This document shows positions 20,910-29,631 of a DNA stretch of 64,000 nucleotides, in pieces; the first letter of the stretch is position 1; each line of letters opens with the position of its first letter. The DNA comes from a virus. Position numbers and translations under genes: made by a program. Under the pieces are notes generated by a model. The model saw nothing but the letters and a program-made list of their open reading frames with translations. It made no database searches and was not told where the DNA came from. The DNA lies in IMG/VR virus record IMGVR_UViG_3300042558_005646. One strand, 5' to 3'.

Positions 20910-22073
20910 ATGTTTTATTTACCATTAATGAACAATAATATTGACAAAGAAGATATTAATTCAGTTATTGATTTTTTATCTCAAGATCAAATTCCCAAGC
21001 TTACAAATGGACCGAAAGTTGCTGAATTTGAGTCTGCTTGGGGAAAATGGCTAGGTACAAAGTATAATTTATTTGTCAATTCTGGAGCATCAGCAAATGA
21101 ATTGACAATGCTAGCTATAGCTCATTTAATTGGTGAAGGGGAAATTATTCTTCCACCACTTACCTGGATTTCAGATATTTCTTCAGTACTTTTTGCTGGA
21201 CATAAACTAGTATTTGTTGATGTAAATTTTACAAATCTTTCCTTTGATATAGAGAAATTAATAGCTGCTATCACCCCAGAAACAAAAGCCATATTTCTTA
21301 CTCACGTTCTAGGAATCAATGGTCTTACCAATGATCTTTTAAGGATATGTGAAGAGAACAACATTCTTTTAATAGAAGATGTTTGTGAATCTCATGGTAC
21401 AACTTTTCAAGATTGCAAAGTTGGAAATTTTGGATTTGCAAGTAATTTTAGTTTTTATTTTGCTCACCATATGTCAACTATTGAAGGCGGTATGATCTCT
21501 ACAAATAATTGGGAATTTTATCAAGTTTGTCGTGCTCTTAGGTCGCATGGAATGACTAGAGAAATGACAAGTGAAACAATGAAAATTTCTATTGCTCAAG
21601 ATAATCCTGACCTTAATCCAGATTTTATTTTTCTAAGACCGGCTCATAATTTTAGAAGCACTGAAATTAATGCTGTAATTGGAATTTCTCAGTTGACTAA
21701 GTTAGATCAAAAAAATAATGAAAGAAGAGAAAATTTTGACTTATTCATATCAAACTTAAATCCTGAAAAATATCATATAGCAATTAATACTGAGGGTAAT
21801 TGCAATTACGCTTTTATAGTAATACTTAAAGAGCCTAATTTTGAAAAACGAAATGCTCTGGAAAATAAACTATCTGAAAATGGAATTGAATTTAGAAGAG
21901 GATTGTCTGGTGGTGGAAATCAAATGAGACAGCCATTTTTTAAGGCTATTTATAACGATTTTACAAATTATCCTAATATTGAACACATTCATAATTTCTC
22001 TTGGTATGTTGGAAACTATCCTGGTCTTGAAAAAGAAAAAATTATCAAATTACTAGAGGTTTTGAATAGTTAA
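20910..22073 (+). CDS. DegT/DnrJ-family PLP enzyme with His in place of the Schiff-base Lys: ColD-like NDP-4-keto-6-deoxyhexose 3-dehydratase
   Basis: VNSGASAN, EDVCESHG, FSFYFAHHMSTIEGG, SHG, NFRSTE. Confidence 0.8.
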   Translation: MFYLPLMNNNIDKEDINSVIDFLSQDQIPKLTNGPKVAEFESAWGKWLGTKYNLFVNSGASANELTMLAIAHLIGEGEIILPPLTWISDISSVLFAGHKLVFVDVNFTNLSFDIEKLIAAITPETKAIFLTHVLGINGLTNDLLRICEENNILLIEDVCESHGTTFQDCKVGNFGFASNFSFYFAHHMSTIEGGMISTNNWEFYQVCRALRSHGMTREMTSETMKISIAQDNPDLNPDFIFLRPAHNFRSTEINAVIGISQLTKLDQKNNERRENFDLFISNLNPEKYHIAINTEGNCNYAFIVILKEPNFEKRNALENKLSENGIEFRRGLSGGGNQMRQPFFKAIYNDFTNYPNIEHIHNFSWYVGNYPGLEKEKIIKLLEVLNS

Positions 22074-22078
22074 TTTCT

Positions 22079-22849
22079 ATGAAAAGTCAATTTAAAAATA
22101 TAAATATATTAGTTATTGGAGATTCTTGCACTGATATTTTCACTTATGGAAATGTTTATAGATTGGCTCCAGAAGGCCCAGTACCCGTTTTTAATCCAAG
22201 CCATTCTCAAAGTAGTGGTGGAATGGCTTTAAATGTGCATCGCAATATTGTTGCAATAGGAGCAAATGCTACACTAATCTGTCAAGAAGAAGAAATTTAC
22301 AAAACAAGATATGTTGATTATCGGACAAATAGTCTTCTTCTAAGAATTGATACAAACGACAAATCAACAAGAATCAGTAGAGAAGTAATTAGTAAAATAA
22401 AAAATAATCATTATTTAGATGTAGCATACGATGCAATAATTATAAGTGATTATTGTAAAGGTTTTCTTGAAGAGGATGATATTTCTTTCATTGGAAGAAA
22501 TAATAAAAATGTTTTTCTAGACACTAAAAAAATTTTAGATGAATGGTGCAAGAATGTTTCATATATTAAAATAAATGAAACTGAATATGAAAGAACATTA
22601 CATACTATAGAAAAGTTAAATATTAATAAAAAACTTATAATAACAAAGTCTGATAAAGGTTGTGAATTTGATGGAAATATATTTCCAGTTGAAAAAGTTA
22701 ATATTAAAGACTTATCTGGCGCTGGAGATACTTTTATTTCAGGATTAGCTGTAGAGTTTGCAAGATCTAATGATATTTTTAATTCAATTGTTTTTGCTCA
22801 AGAATGTGCTACTAAAGTTGTGCAAAAGAAAGGTGTGTGTACTATATGA
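22079..22849 (+). CDS. rfaE: HldE/RfaE domain I-like heptose-7-phosphate kinase (PfkB family)
   Basis: LVIGDSCTD...RLAPEGPVPV, GGMALNV, KTRY, SDYCKG, KINETE, DLSGAGDTF. Confidence 0.8.
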   Translation: MKSQFKNINILVIGDSCTDIFTYGNVYRLAPEGPVPVFNPSHSQSSGGMALNVHRNIVAIGANATLICQEEEIYKTRYVDYRTNSLLLRIDTNDKSTRISREVISKIKNNHYLDVAYDAIIISDYCKGFLEEDDISFIGRNNKNVFLDTKKILDEWCKNVSYIKINETEYERTLHTIEKLNINKKLIITKSDKGCEFDGNIFPVEKVNIKDLSGAGDTFISGLAVEFARSNDIFNSIVFAQECATKVVQKKGVCTI

Positions 22850-23718
22850 TAGATATAGATACAATTATTCGTGAAAGATTAAATCTTCATGATATCTCTG
22901 ACATAGATTGTTATAAAAACATTGACAAAAGAAATGAATTTCATACAAAAATAAAAGACATTATTAATGAACATGTTCCGAAGATTGAATCAAAACATAA
23001 CCCAGAACATGAAGCACTTCTTAAAGATCAAGGATATGTCATTTTTGAAAATTTTTTGAGCCAAGAGCAAGTAAATAGTATTTTAGAATACACTAAAGAT
23101 AAAGCTGGATATAATTTCCATGTTCCTAATAGAGCTTACAATAAAGAAACTAAAATTTTTTCTGACGATATAGATTGGAATATTTTAGCTTATAATACAG
23201 ATGTATTACTTAAAAACGAGTTAATTATCAAAATTATGACTGACCCTGTGTTAGTTTCATTGGCGCAATCATATATAGGTTGCTTGCCCTCTGTACATAT
23301 GCTAAGTATGTGGTGGAGTAAATTCACAGGTGAAGTTTTTCACACTCAAAAAATACACAGAGACGGGGACGATTATAAGTTTTTAGCTTTTTTTGTTTTC
23401 TTGACTGATATTGATGAAAACAATGGACCTCATATTTTTTATCCAAGAACACAAAATGGTTCAGATGATCTTTCTGAAAAAGTTGTTATAACAGGAAAAG
23501 CAGGAACTGCAGTTTTAGCAGATACATTTGCTTGGCATCATGGAGCACCTTTAAAGGAAGGTAAAAGAATGCTAATGTTTATTAGATTTGGTCTATTTAA
23601 AAATAATAATTATTATAGAGATGAAAGCTACGTACATGCTCAAGATTCTGATGTATTCTTTAGTAAAATTGAAGATTCATATACTAATAGGCATTTATTG
23701 AGGTTATTTATCAAATGA
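22837..23718 (+). CDS. PhyH-like Fe(II)/2OG dioxygenase
   Basis: HRDGDD, FLTDIDENNGPH, GKAGT..LADT..WHHG..R. Confidence 0.75.
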   Translation: MYYMIDIDTIIRERLNLHDISDIDCYKNIDKRNEFHTKIKDIINEHVPKIESKHNPEHEALLKDQGYVIFENFLSQEQVNSILEYTKDKAGYNFHVPNRAYNKETKIFSDDIDWNILAYNTDVLLKNELIIKIMTDPVLVSLAQSYIGCLPSVHMLSMWWSKFTGEVFHTQKIHRDGDDYKFLAFFVFLTDIDENNGPHIFYPRTQNGSDDLSEKVVITGKAGTAVLADTFAWHHGAPLKEGKRMLMFIRFGLFKNNNYYRDESYVHAQDSDVFFSKIEDSYTNRHLLRLFIK

Positions 23719-24005
23719 ATATGAAAGAATATTATGCAATGTACTTGACTTTGCATCAAAATAAAATTTGTAGAAGATTGCATGTGTTGGGTCAAATTAT
23801 GACATTACTTTGGATTGCAGGATGTCTTAATTTCGGATATTACTGGTTTCTTTTATTGACTCCTTTTGTAGTATATCCTTTTGCATGGTCAGGACATTAT
23901 TTTTTCGAAAAGAATCAACCAGCAGCCTTCAAGGATCCTTTAAAGGCAAAGATCAGTGATTGGATTATGTTATGGGATATTTTGAAAGGGAAAATAGAAA
24001 TATAA
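23715..24005 (+). CDS. DUF962/Mpo1-like membrane protein
   Basis: YLTLHQNKICRRLHVLG, FAWSGHYFFEKNQPAAF..P. Confidence 0.8.
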   Translation: MNMKEYYAMYLTLHQNKICRRLHVLGQIMTLLWIAGCLNFGYYWFLLLTPFVVYPFAWSGHYFFEKNQPAAFKDPLKAKISDWIMLWDILKGKIEI

Positions 24006-24808
24006 TGAATTTGTTATTATGGATAAATCAATCAAATGGCGACACTCTGACTGCTATACCTTTAATGGAAGCAATAATAAAACAATTTCCTAATGTAAAT
24101 ATCAAATTTGCATGTTTCAAAAGTCAATCTTATTTAGTAAGACATTTGCCTATACAAATTATTGAAGCCGACGGTAATTACAGAAACCTCGTAATGAGAA
24201 CAAGACCGGATTATTTTTTGAGGAAAATTAAACCATTCATTAAACCAGAAGATACTCTAATTCATCTTTGGGGTGGTCTTTATAATTTAAAGCACATTTG
24301 GCAGGATCAAATCAAAACATTCAATCAACAATGCGCAAATAATAATATAAATTTATTTCTTGATAATTCAGAATTTGGGTATATTGAGTTACCTATAGTT
24401 GATGTAAATGTAAAAGCAAATGCAGTTTATGTAGAAAATAGTCAACCAGTTAGCGGACAAACTAATTTTCAGTATGATATGTATAAATTGGGCTTGATGT
24501 TTCCAAGAATTAATTTTTATACTGTTGGACCAATTAATTTTTCTGCAAATAATGTACATGATTGTAGCAAAAAATCTTTAATAGAACTTTCTAGTATTTC
24601 CAGAAAATGTAAACTTATTTTAGGAAAAGGAAGTGGTCCTTTTTTCTGTACATTAAATGAAGAAAACAAACATAAAACGAAGGTCTTGGCGGGCTTAATG
24701 GGTGGATTTAGATATAAGTTTTGGAATCTAAATGATGAAAATACATTACTACTTGATACTGAACAAGAAATATTTGAGCTATTAAGGCCAATAAATAGAG
24801 GTCAATGA
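24005..24808 (+). CDS. Putative GT-B (GT9-like) glycosyltransferase
   Basis: QSNGDTLTAIPLMEAIIKQFPNVNI N-terminus and LIELSSISRKCKLILGKGSGP; start reassigned to TAATG at 24005. Confidence 0.55.
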   Translation: MNLLLWINQSNGDTLTAIPLMEAIIKQFPNVNIKFACFKSQSYLVRHLPIQIIEADGNYRNLVMRTRPDYFLRKIKPFIKPEDTLIHLWGGLYNLKHIWQDQIKTFNQQCANNNINLFLDNSEFGYIELPIVDVNVKANAVYVENSQPVSGQTNFQYDMYKLGLMFPRINFYTVGPINFSANNVHDCSKKSLIELSSISRKCKLILGKGSGPFFCTLNEENKHKTKVLAGLMGGFRYKFWNLNDENTLLLDTEQEIFELLRPINRGQ

Positions 24809-24856
24809 AGATCTCTATTTATTGGCCTTTAAATTCAGTTCTAATTGATTTTATTT

Positions 24857-26167
24857 TTATTTGTCAAAAAAACTATCCAAAACATCACTTATATAATAAA
24901 TTTGTTCCGGTGTAATTACTGGAGATGTACCTAAAAAGAAAGTATCAGTGGTTACCTTTTTAGCTACAGGAAAATCACCAAGATCCATATCACCAACCAA
25001 ATGACTATAAGCTGGTTGCATAAGAATATTTCCAGCAAAATATGGTCTAGTTTGAATTTTTTTAGATTCTAAATATTGACATAAATCACTTCTCTTAAAT
25101 GGTGCGTTATCTTTTATAGTAATAGGAAATGCAAACCAATTAACATCTGAATTTTTTTGTGCTACTGGAAGAACAAAGTATTCTTCATACTTGCTAAAAA
25201 TATCAAAAAGCAACTTATGATTTCTTTGGCGAAGTTTCTTAATTTCATTAAGTTTATCAATTTGAGCCAACAACATACTAGCTTGAACTTCGATTGGTTT
25301 TAAATTATAACCAATTTCCTCATACACATACTTGTGATCAAAAACTTCACCTGGGATACTTGGCAACCATTCAGAAAATCTTTTATTACAAGCTCCACAT
25401 TCTGTAATATTTTGTTTACCAATACAGAAACAGCCACGCCCCCAATCACGAAAAGAACGAATTACTTTTTCAAGATTTTCATCATTACAAACAACTAATC
25501 CACCCTCACCACAAGTAATGTGATGAGCAGGATAAAAAGAGCAAGAAGCCATTGCGCCAAAGCTGCCTAAGGGATTACCATCAAATGACGATCCAAGAGC
25601 ATCACAGCAATCTTCTAACAAAATCAACCCATAATGGTCGATGATATCTAATAGCCTATACATGTCAGGAGGATTACCAAGTACATGAGCAAATGTAATT
25701 ATCTTGATCTCTGGGTCAGCCTGCAATGTGGCTTCAACATCGTCTAAGTTCAAGTTCAATCCATCTAATGAAATATCTACAAAGACTGGCTTAAAACCAC
25801 ACTGAAATATGGGATTGATTGTAGTGGGAAATCCAGCAATAGGAGTTAGTACTTTGGTTCCTTCAGGCAAATTTAAGTATCTTTTTGACTTAATTGCTGA
25901 CATCATAAGAAGATTTGAACTGCTACCAGAGTTTGTCAATAAAGCATGGTTTTTGCCAAATAAAGAAGCTAATTTCTTTTCAGCTTTATAGGCTTCAGCA
26001 CCAAGAACTAACCAACCATCTAGAAGAGTTGATACTGATCTAACAATTTCAGTATGATCAAAGTAAGGCCCAGCATAATGTACATGATCTTTTCCTGGTC
26101 TCCAACTCTTATTTGGTTCATTCTTGATATACTCTTCTACTAATTTAAGCAATTCTTCTTTGGTCAT
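24857..26167 (-). CDS. rfbH: CDP-4-keto-6-deoxy-D-glucose 3-dehydrase (RfbH/DdhC, E1)
   Basis: NSGSSSNLL, EDCCDALGS, SFYPAHHITCGEGG, DWGRGCFC...C..RF Fe-S motif, DHKYVYEEIGYNLK. Confidence 0.9.
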   Translation of the reverse strand: MTKEELLKLVEEYIKNEPNKSWRPGKDHVHYAGPYFDHTEIVRSVSTLLDGWLVLGAEAYKAEKKLASLFGKNHALLTNSGSSSNLLMMSAIKSKRYLNLPEGTKVLTPIAGFPTTINPIFQCGFKPVFVDISLDGLNLNLDDVEATLQADPEIKIITFAHVLGNPPDMYRLLDIIDHYGLILLEDCCDALGSSFDGNPLGSFGAMASCSFYPAHHITCGEGGLVVCNDENLEKVIRSFRDWGRGCFCIGKQNITECGACNKRFSEWLPSIPGEVFDHKYVYEEIGYNLKPIEVQASMLLAQIDKLNEIKKLRQRNHKLLFDIFSKYEEYFVLPVAQKNSDVNWFAFPITIKDNAPFKRSDLCQYLESKKIQTRPYFAGNILMQPAYSHLVGDMDLGDFPVAKKVTTDTFFLGTSPVITPEQIYYISDVLDSFFDK

Positions 26168-26173
26168 ATAATA

Positions 26174-26182
26174 ATTTTACCA
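26174..26182 (-). promoter_or_regulatory. Extended -10 (TGGTAAAAT) 6 nt before rfbH ATG
   Basis: Lies between capsid terminator and rfbH start; no SD. Confidence 0.6.
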
Positions 26183-26192
26183 TTATTTAAAT

Positions 26193-26224
26193 AAAAAAAG
26201 AGGAGTATTTCTACTCCTCTTTTT
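26193..26224 (-). terminator. Intrinsic terminator after major capsid gene
   Basis: AAAAAGAGGAGTA-tttc-TACTCCTCTTTTT inverted repeat with T-runs on both strands. Confidence 0.85.
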
Positions 26225-26240
26225 CATGACTAGTTTAGAA

Positions 26241-27095
26241 TTAGCTAACGGTAATTCTTGAAACTGCATAGTCATTGATGAGAGCAAAACCGAGCTCTTC
26301 GTAAACAACCCATCCGAGTCTAAGTCTCTTTGGATCGTCTGCTGGGAGAACAGTAATGTCTTGGCGAACTGGCATTGCACCAACGAATTGGGCAGGTGCG
26401 AGAACGTAGACAGAGTTCTTAGGAACCATTGTGGAGACATGGATGTCTGCAGAATAAATATGTCCGTAAAGACCAGTCATAAGGATATCTCTTTGAGTTG
26501 CCTCATCGAAGAATTCCTTACCCCAGTTACGGATATCCTTGTATCTTTGTGGGTGAAGAACAACCTTAGCACCGATCAACTCGTGCTCTTCAATGAGGGT
26601 CAACGCAAGGTTGATATTCTCTGGTTGAAGGGTACCGGAAACGGAAATTGCTTGGTCAGTTGGAACACCAGCATTGATAACCTTGAAGACTTCAGTATCT
26701 TCTTGTCTTTGGAGGGAGTCCTTAGCACGGACTTGAGCTCTATCAACAATGTAGAATCTTCTTTGGCGGATTTCGTTCAATCTGATTTGTGGGTGTGCAG
26801 CTAATTCAACTGTAGGAACGAGAAGCTCTTCAGCCTCAACCTCAGCTGTTGGAACAGCACCACGCTTAGGAATGACGTATGACTTTACAGCAACGTCTCT
26901 TTCGTAGCGAGCAAGAGCACCTTGTGGGAGCTCATCAACCATCAAAAGCTTGCGCCCGATGGCTTGGTACATGAGGGAAGTCTTGATTGGCTCAACCATT
27001 GCTTGTGCAAGAGCTGTGCGTCCCTCTGGAGTCTCGAGAGCCATTGCAATAATGGATTCTCTTTGCTCATTTGTGTTTCTCTTAATCATTGACAT
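26241..27095 (-). CDS. Major capsid protein, HK97 fold, 284 aa without delta domain
   Basis: ETPEGRTALAQAMVEPI...GRKLLMVDELPQGALARYERD...RLGWVVYEELG; strong SD AGGAG, biased codons; follows protease-scaffold-cement genes. Confidence 0.85.
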   Translation of the reverse strand: MSMIKRNTNEQRESIIAMALETPEGRTALAQAMVEPIKTSLMYQAIGRKLLMVDELPQGALARYERDVAVKSYVIPKRGAVPTAEVEAEELLVPTVELAAHPQIRLNEIRQRRFYIVDRAQVRAKDSLQRQEDTEVFKVINAGVPTDQAISVSGTLQPENINLALTLIEEHELIGAKVVLHPQRYKDIRNWGKEFFDEATQRDILMTGLYGHIYSADIHVSTMVPKNSVYVLAPAQFVGAMPVRQDITVLPADDPKRLRLGWVVYEELGFALINDYAVSRITVS

Positions 27096-27128
27096 TTGAA
27101 TAATTCTCCTTTAAAAATTCTTTACCGA

Positions 27129-27779
27129 TTAGATGCCGTTAAGTTGGGTGAAGTAAAGAAGGCCAGCAGCAGAGTCATAAGAATCAACTCTACCAACAAT
27201 AACGCCGTCTGTACCAGCTGTACTCAACTTTACAAGCTTACCAGCATTGGCAGAAGCACCTGCAACAGTAAGAAGATCACCAGCAGTAGGGGTCCATGCA
27301 GCACCGTCAGTTGTGACGTTAGTTGATGCAGTAGCTGCAAATCTATCAGTAATAAATTGTGCACCTGGGGTGTTGAAAACTCCAACACCTCTTCTTGGGC
27401 CTTCATATCCTGAAGAACCAGCTGTAGGGTTAGTAACACCATTGACGTTTTCAGCTAAGAAGTCGCCAATAGCTCTCTTTGAAACAACGTAGAAACCGTT
27501 GTTATTTGCTTGAAGAACACCACTTGAATCGGTGTATGAAGCACCAACTGGATCAGCAAGGATCATAGTGTTGCCAGTTCTTGCAGTATCATCTGCAGAG
27601 AATCCAACGAATCTACCAAGTTGTTGTGAAAGTGTGGTAAAACCAGTAGCCGCTCTAAAAGCAGCAGAAACTGTTCCATCAGCGGTGCTGATCATAAGAG
27701 CATCACCAGCAAGGAATGAAGCAGAAGCAGCTGTGTTGTAGTTAGCAACTACGAGTGTGTTTAATGCACGAATAGCCAT
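27129..27779 (-). CDS. Capsid cement/decoration protein
   Basis: Ala/Gly/Thr-rich, AGDLLTV...GKL...VGRV tulip-like pattern; directly upstream of MCP; SD AGGAG. Confidence 0.7.
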   Translation of the reverse strand: MAIRALNTLVVANYNTAASASFLAGDALMISTADGTVSAAFRAATGFTTLSQQLGRFVGFSADDTARTGNTMILADPVGASYTDSSGVLQANNNGFYVVSKRAIGDFLAENVNGVTNPTAGSSGYEGPRRGVGVFNTPGAQFITDRFAATASTNVTTDGAAWTPTAGDLLTVAGASANAGKLVKLSTAGTDGVIVGRVDSYDSAAGLLYFTQLNGI

Positions 27780-27811
27780 TTTATATTTCTCCTAATTATT
27801 TGTTGAGGAAA

Positions 27812-29476
27812 TTATCCCTCGATTTTTGGCATTGTAAAAGCGCCTTTGAGAGCACTTTGGATGTCAAGAGCTGCACTATTGGTGTTTACACCACTAAATG
27901 CAGGAGATGTAGATACGCCTAATGTAGAAGCGGTTCTAGTACTCATTCTTTCGGCAGCAGCAGCTGCAACTCTTTCAGTTGAAGATTGTGCTGACTTAAG
28001 TAAGAGTTTGGTTTGTCTGATCATTGAATCAGCTTTAAGACCATCATTAATCATTTGTTCTGCATATGAATCAACTTCTTCGGAAGTAATAATTCCTGCT
28101 AATGCTAATTTTGTAGCACAGCTATAAGAAGTTTTGACTCTTGCAAGATCAACTGCAGCAGACTTGTCCATCTCAACTTGAGTGTAAGCGTCTTGCAATT
28201 GTTGTTGAGTATTATTGATTTTCTTTTGAGTATTGACATGATTTTCAGTGTCAACATTTTGTGCTTCAACTTCTTTGTCCTTGGAGCCAGCGTTTGATGA
28301 GCAATCTTTATTTGCACAACGAGTTGCTTCATCATTCATTTCTGCTTCAGACAGTCTCATCGATGCACCACAAGAAGTGCATTCACAATCATGCTTTGCT
28401 TCTTCATCTCTGGATGCACCAACAGTTCTAGTGGTCTTATGTGGCATTGAAGGCATTTGAGTTGGGATGTGAGGATGATCAACATCCAAACCTTCAGATG
28501 GTGTTTCCAAATGATCCCAATCAACTGTATACTCTAATGAACCATCTCCAGAACCTTCAAGTTTTGAAGGCTTTGTAACTGTTGGAAATTGTAAAGAAGT
28601 TGGGTTGTTGGTAGGAACATGTTGATCTGCCCAAGTTGGGTTCTCTTCTTTTTGTGAATTCTCACCAGGCATTGTCATGCTTGGATATTCAATTTCACCC
28701 TTCATATCAACCATATCTTCGTTATACTTAAATGAGGCTGACGCTGGATAAGTCTCTTCTTCAGAAGCAATCTTCATGAGAATTTCTTCTCTTTCAGCTC
28801 TTCTCAATAGAGCTTCTCTCTGTGCCTTGCGCTCAGCCAATGCTTGTTTAGTCATTGATCTAACCTCGTTGCTTTTTTTCATAAATTGGTTTTCATTGTC
28901 TTCTTCATCATCTGATTCATCTTCAGAATCCATATCATCATCATCGTTAAAATGAGTGACATCTTCATCATCATCTTCATCAGAATCAACATCTCCGCCA
29001 AGAAGATTATCTAGCGCCTCTTGCACAGCTTTTTGTGCTTGGTCAACCATATCAGCGGGAACTTCAATCTCAAAAGTGGCGACATCATCACTATCTTCTA
29101 CTTCGTCTTCGTCGTCCATATCTTCATCAGACATGTCATCATCATCTACATCTTCTGAATCTTCATCACTCTCAAAGTGATGAAATTCCATATCATCTTC
29201 ATCATCTTCAGATTCATCGTTTGCGAAGTCAACAGTCTCTTTGCCCTCATCAAGGTCCAAACTTGAAACAACAATACCAGCTTGCTTTGCAATATTTGGA
29301 AGATATTTTGCTCTGATAGCATGGGCTACAACAATTGCCTCATCTTTTTCAAGTGAAGCTGTTTTTTCCATATCAGAAGCGCAATTTTTTAAATCTTCCT
29401 TATCAGTTGCATTGATTTCAGCTAATCTCATTGCTGCAAATCTCTCCTGATTGGCTCTATTCGAATTTTTATTCAT
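27812..29476 (-). CDS. Acidic head scaffolding protein
   Basis: Long D/E tracts, coiled segments, CxxC..C...C ribbon, many [KR]xA motifs; lies between protease and cement/MCP. Confidence 0.65.
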   Translation of the reverse strand: MNKNSNRANQERFAAMRLAEINATDKEDLKNCASDMEKTASLEKDEAIVVAHAIRAKYLPNIAKQAGIVVSSLDLDEGKETVDFANDESEDDEDDMEFHHFESDEDSEDVDDDDMSDEDMDDEDEVEDSDDVATFEIEVPADMVDQAQKAVQEALDNLLGGDVDSDEDDDEDVTHFNDDDDMDSEDESDDEEDNENQFMKKSNEVRSMTKQALAERKAQREALLRRAEREEILMKIASEEETYPASASFKYNEDMVDMKGEIEYPSMTMPGENSQKEENPTWADQHVPTNNPTSLQFPTVTKPSKLEGSGDGSLEYTVDWDHLETPSEGLDVDHPHIPTQMPSMPHKTTRTVGASRDEEAKHDCECTSCGASMRLSEAEMNDEATRCANKDCSSNAGSKDKEVEAQNVDTENHVNTQKKINNTQQQLQDAYTQVEMDKSAAVDLARVKTSYSCATKLALAGIITSEEVDSYAEQMINDGLKADSMIRQTKLLLKSAQSSTERVAAAAAERMSTRTASTLGVSTSPAFSGVNTNSAALDIQSALKGAFTMPKIEG

Positions 29477-29556
29477 TTTTATGCTGCTTCCCTTAATAAA
29501 ATAAAATCTTTTATCAAAGAATCTATAAATTAGTTATTTATAAACTTTTTTTAAAC

Positions 29557-29583
29557 TTCTAGATAACTTGTTTTTACACCTTT
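29557..29583 (-). promoter_or_regulatory. Putative phage-sigma promoter AAAGG-N17-TAGAA
   Basis: Motif repeated with identical 17-nt spacing before four other virion genes. Confidence 0.65.
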
Positions 29584-29585
29584 TT

Positions 29586-29628
29586 TAAAGAAAATAGTGA
29601 GAGAGCAAATCTCTCACTATTTTCTTTA
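29586..29628 (-). terminator. 19-bp perfect hairpin / terminator after protease gene
   Basis: TAAAGAAAATAGTGAGAGA-gcaaa-TCTCTCACTATTTTCTTTA. Confidence 0.8.
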
Positions 29629-29631
29629 TGA

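Noticed and set aside
4595-26167. Sugar cluster as a host chromosome segment flanking a prophage
   Set aside because: It is bounded on both sides by virion genes, overlaps the tail gene end and shares the leaderless promoter style; a chimeric assembly cannot be fully excluded without reads
26241-27095. Encapsulin shell protein
   Set aside because: Context of cement, scaffold, protease, portal and terminase genes identifies a phage capsid
28900-29230. TCA/TCT-rich tandem-like repeats
   Set aside because: These are Asp/Glu codon runs of the acidic scaffold, not a DNA repeat element
29540-29547. T4-type late promoter TATAAATA
   Set aside because: A copy occurs near here on the minus strand and another at about 43884 on the wrong strand, but it is not consistently placed before virion genes in this AT-rich DNA; the AGG-N17 motif fits better
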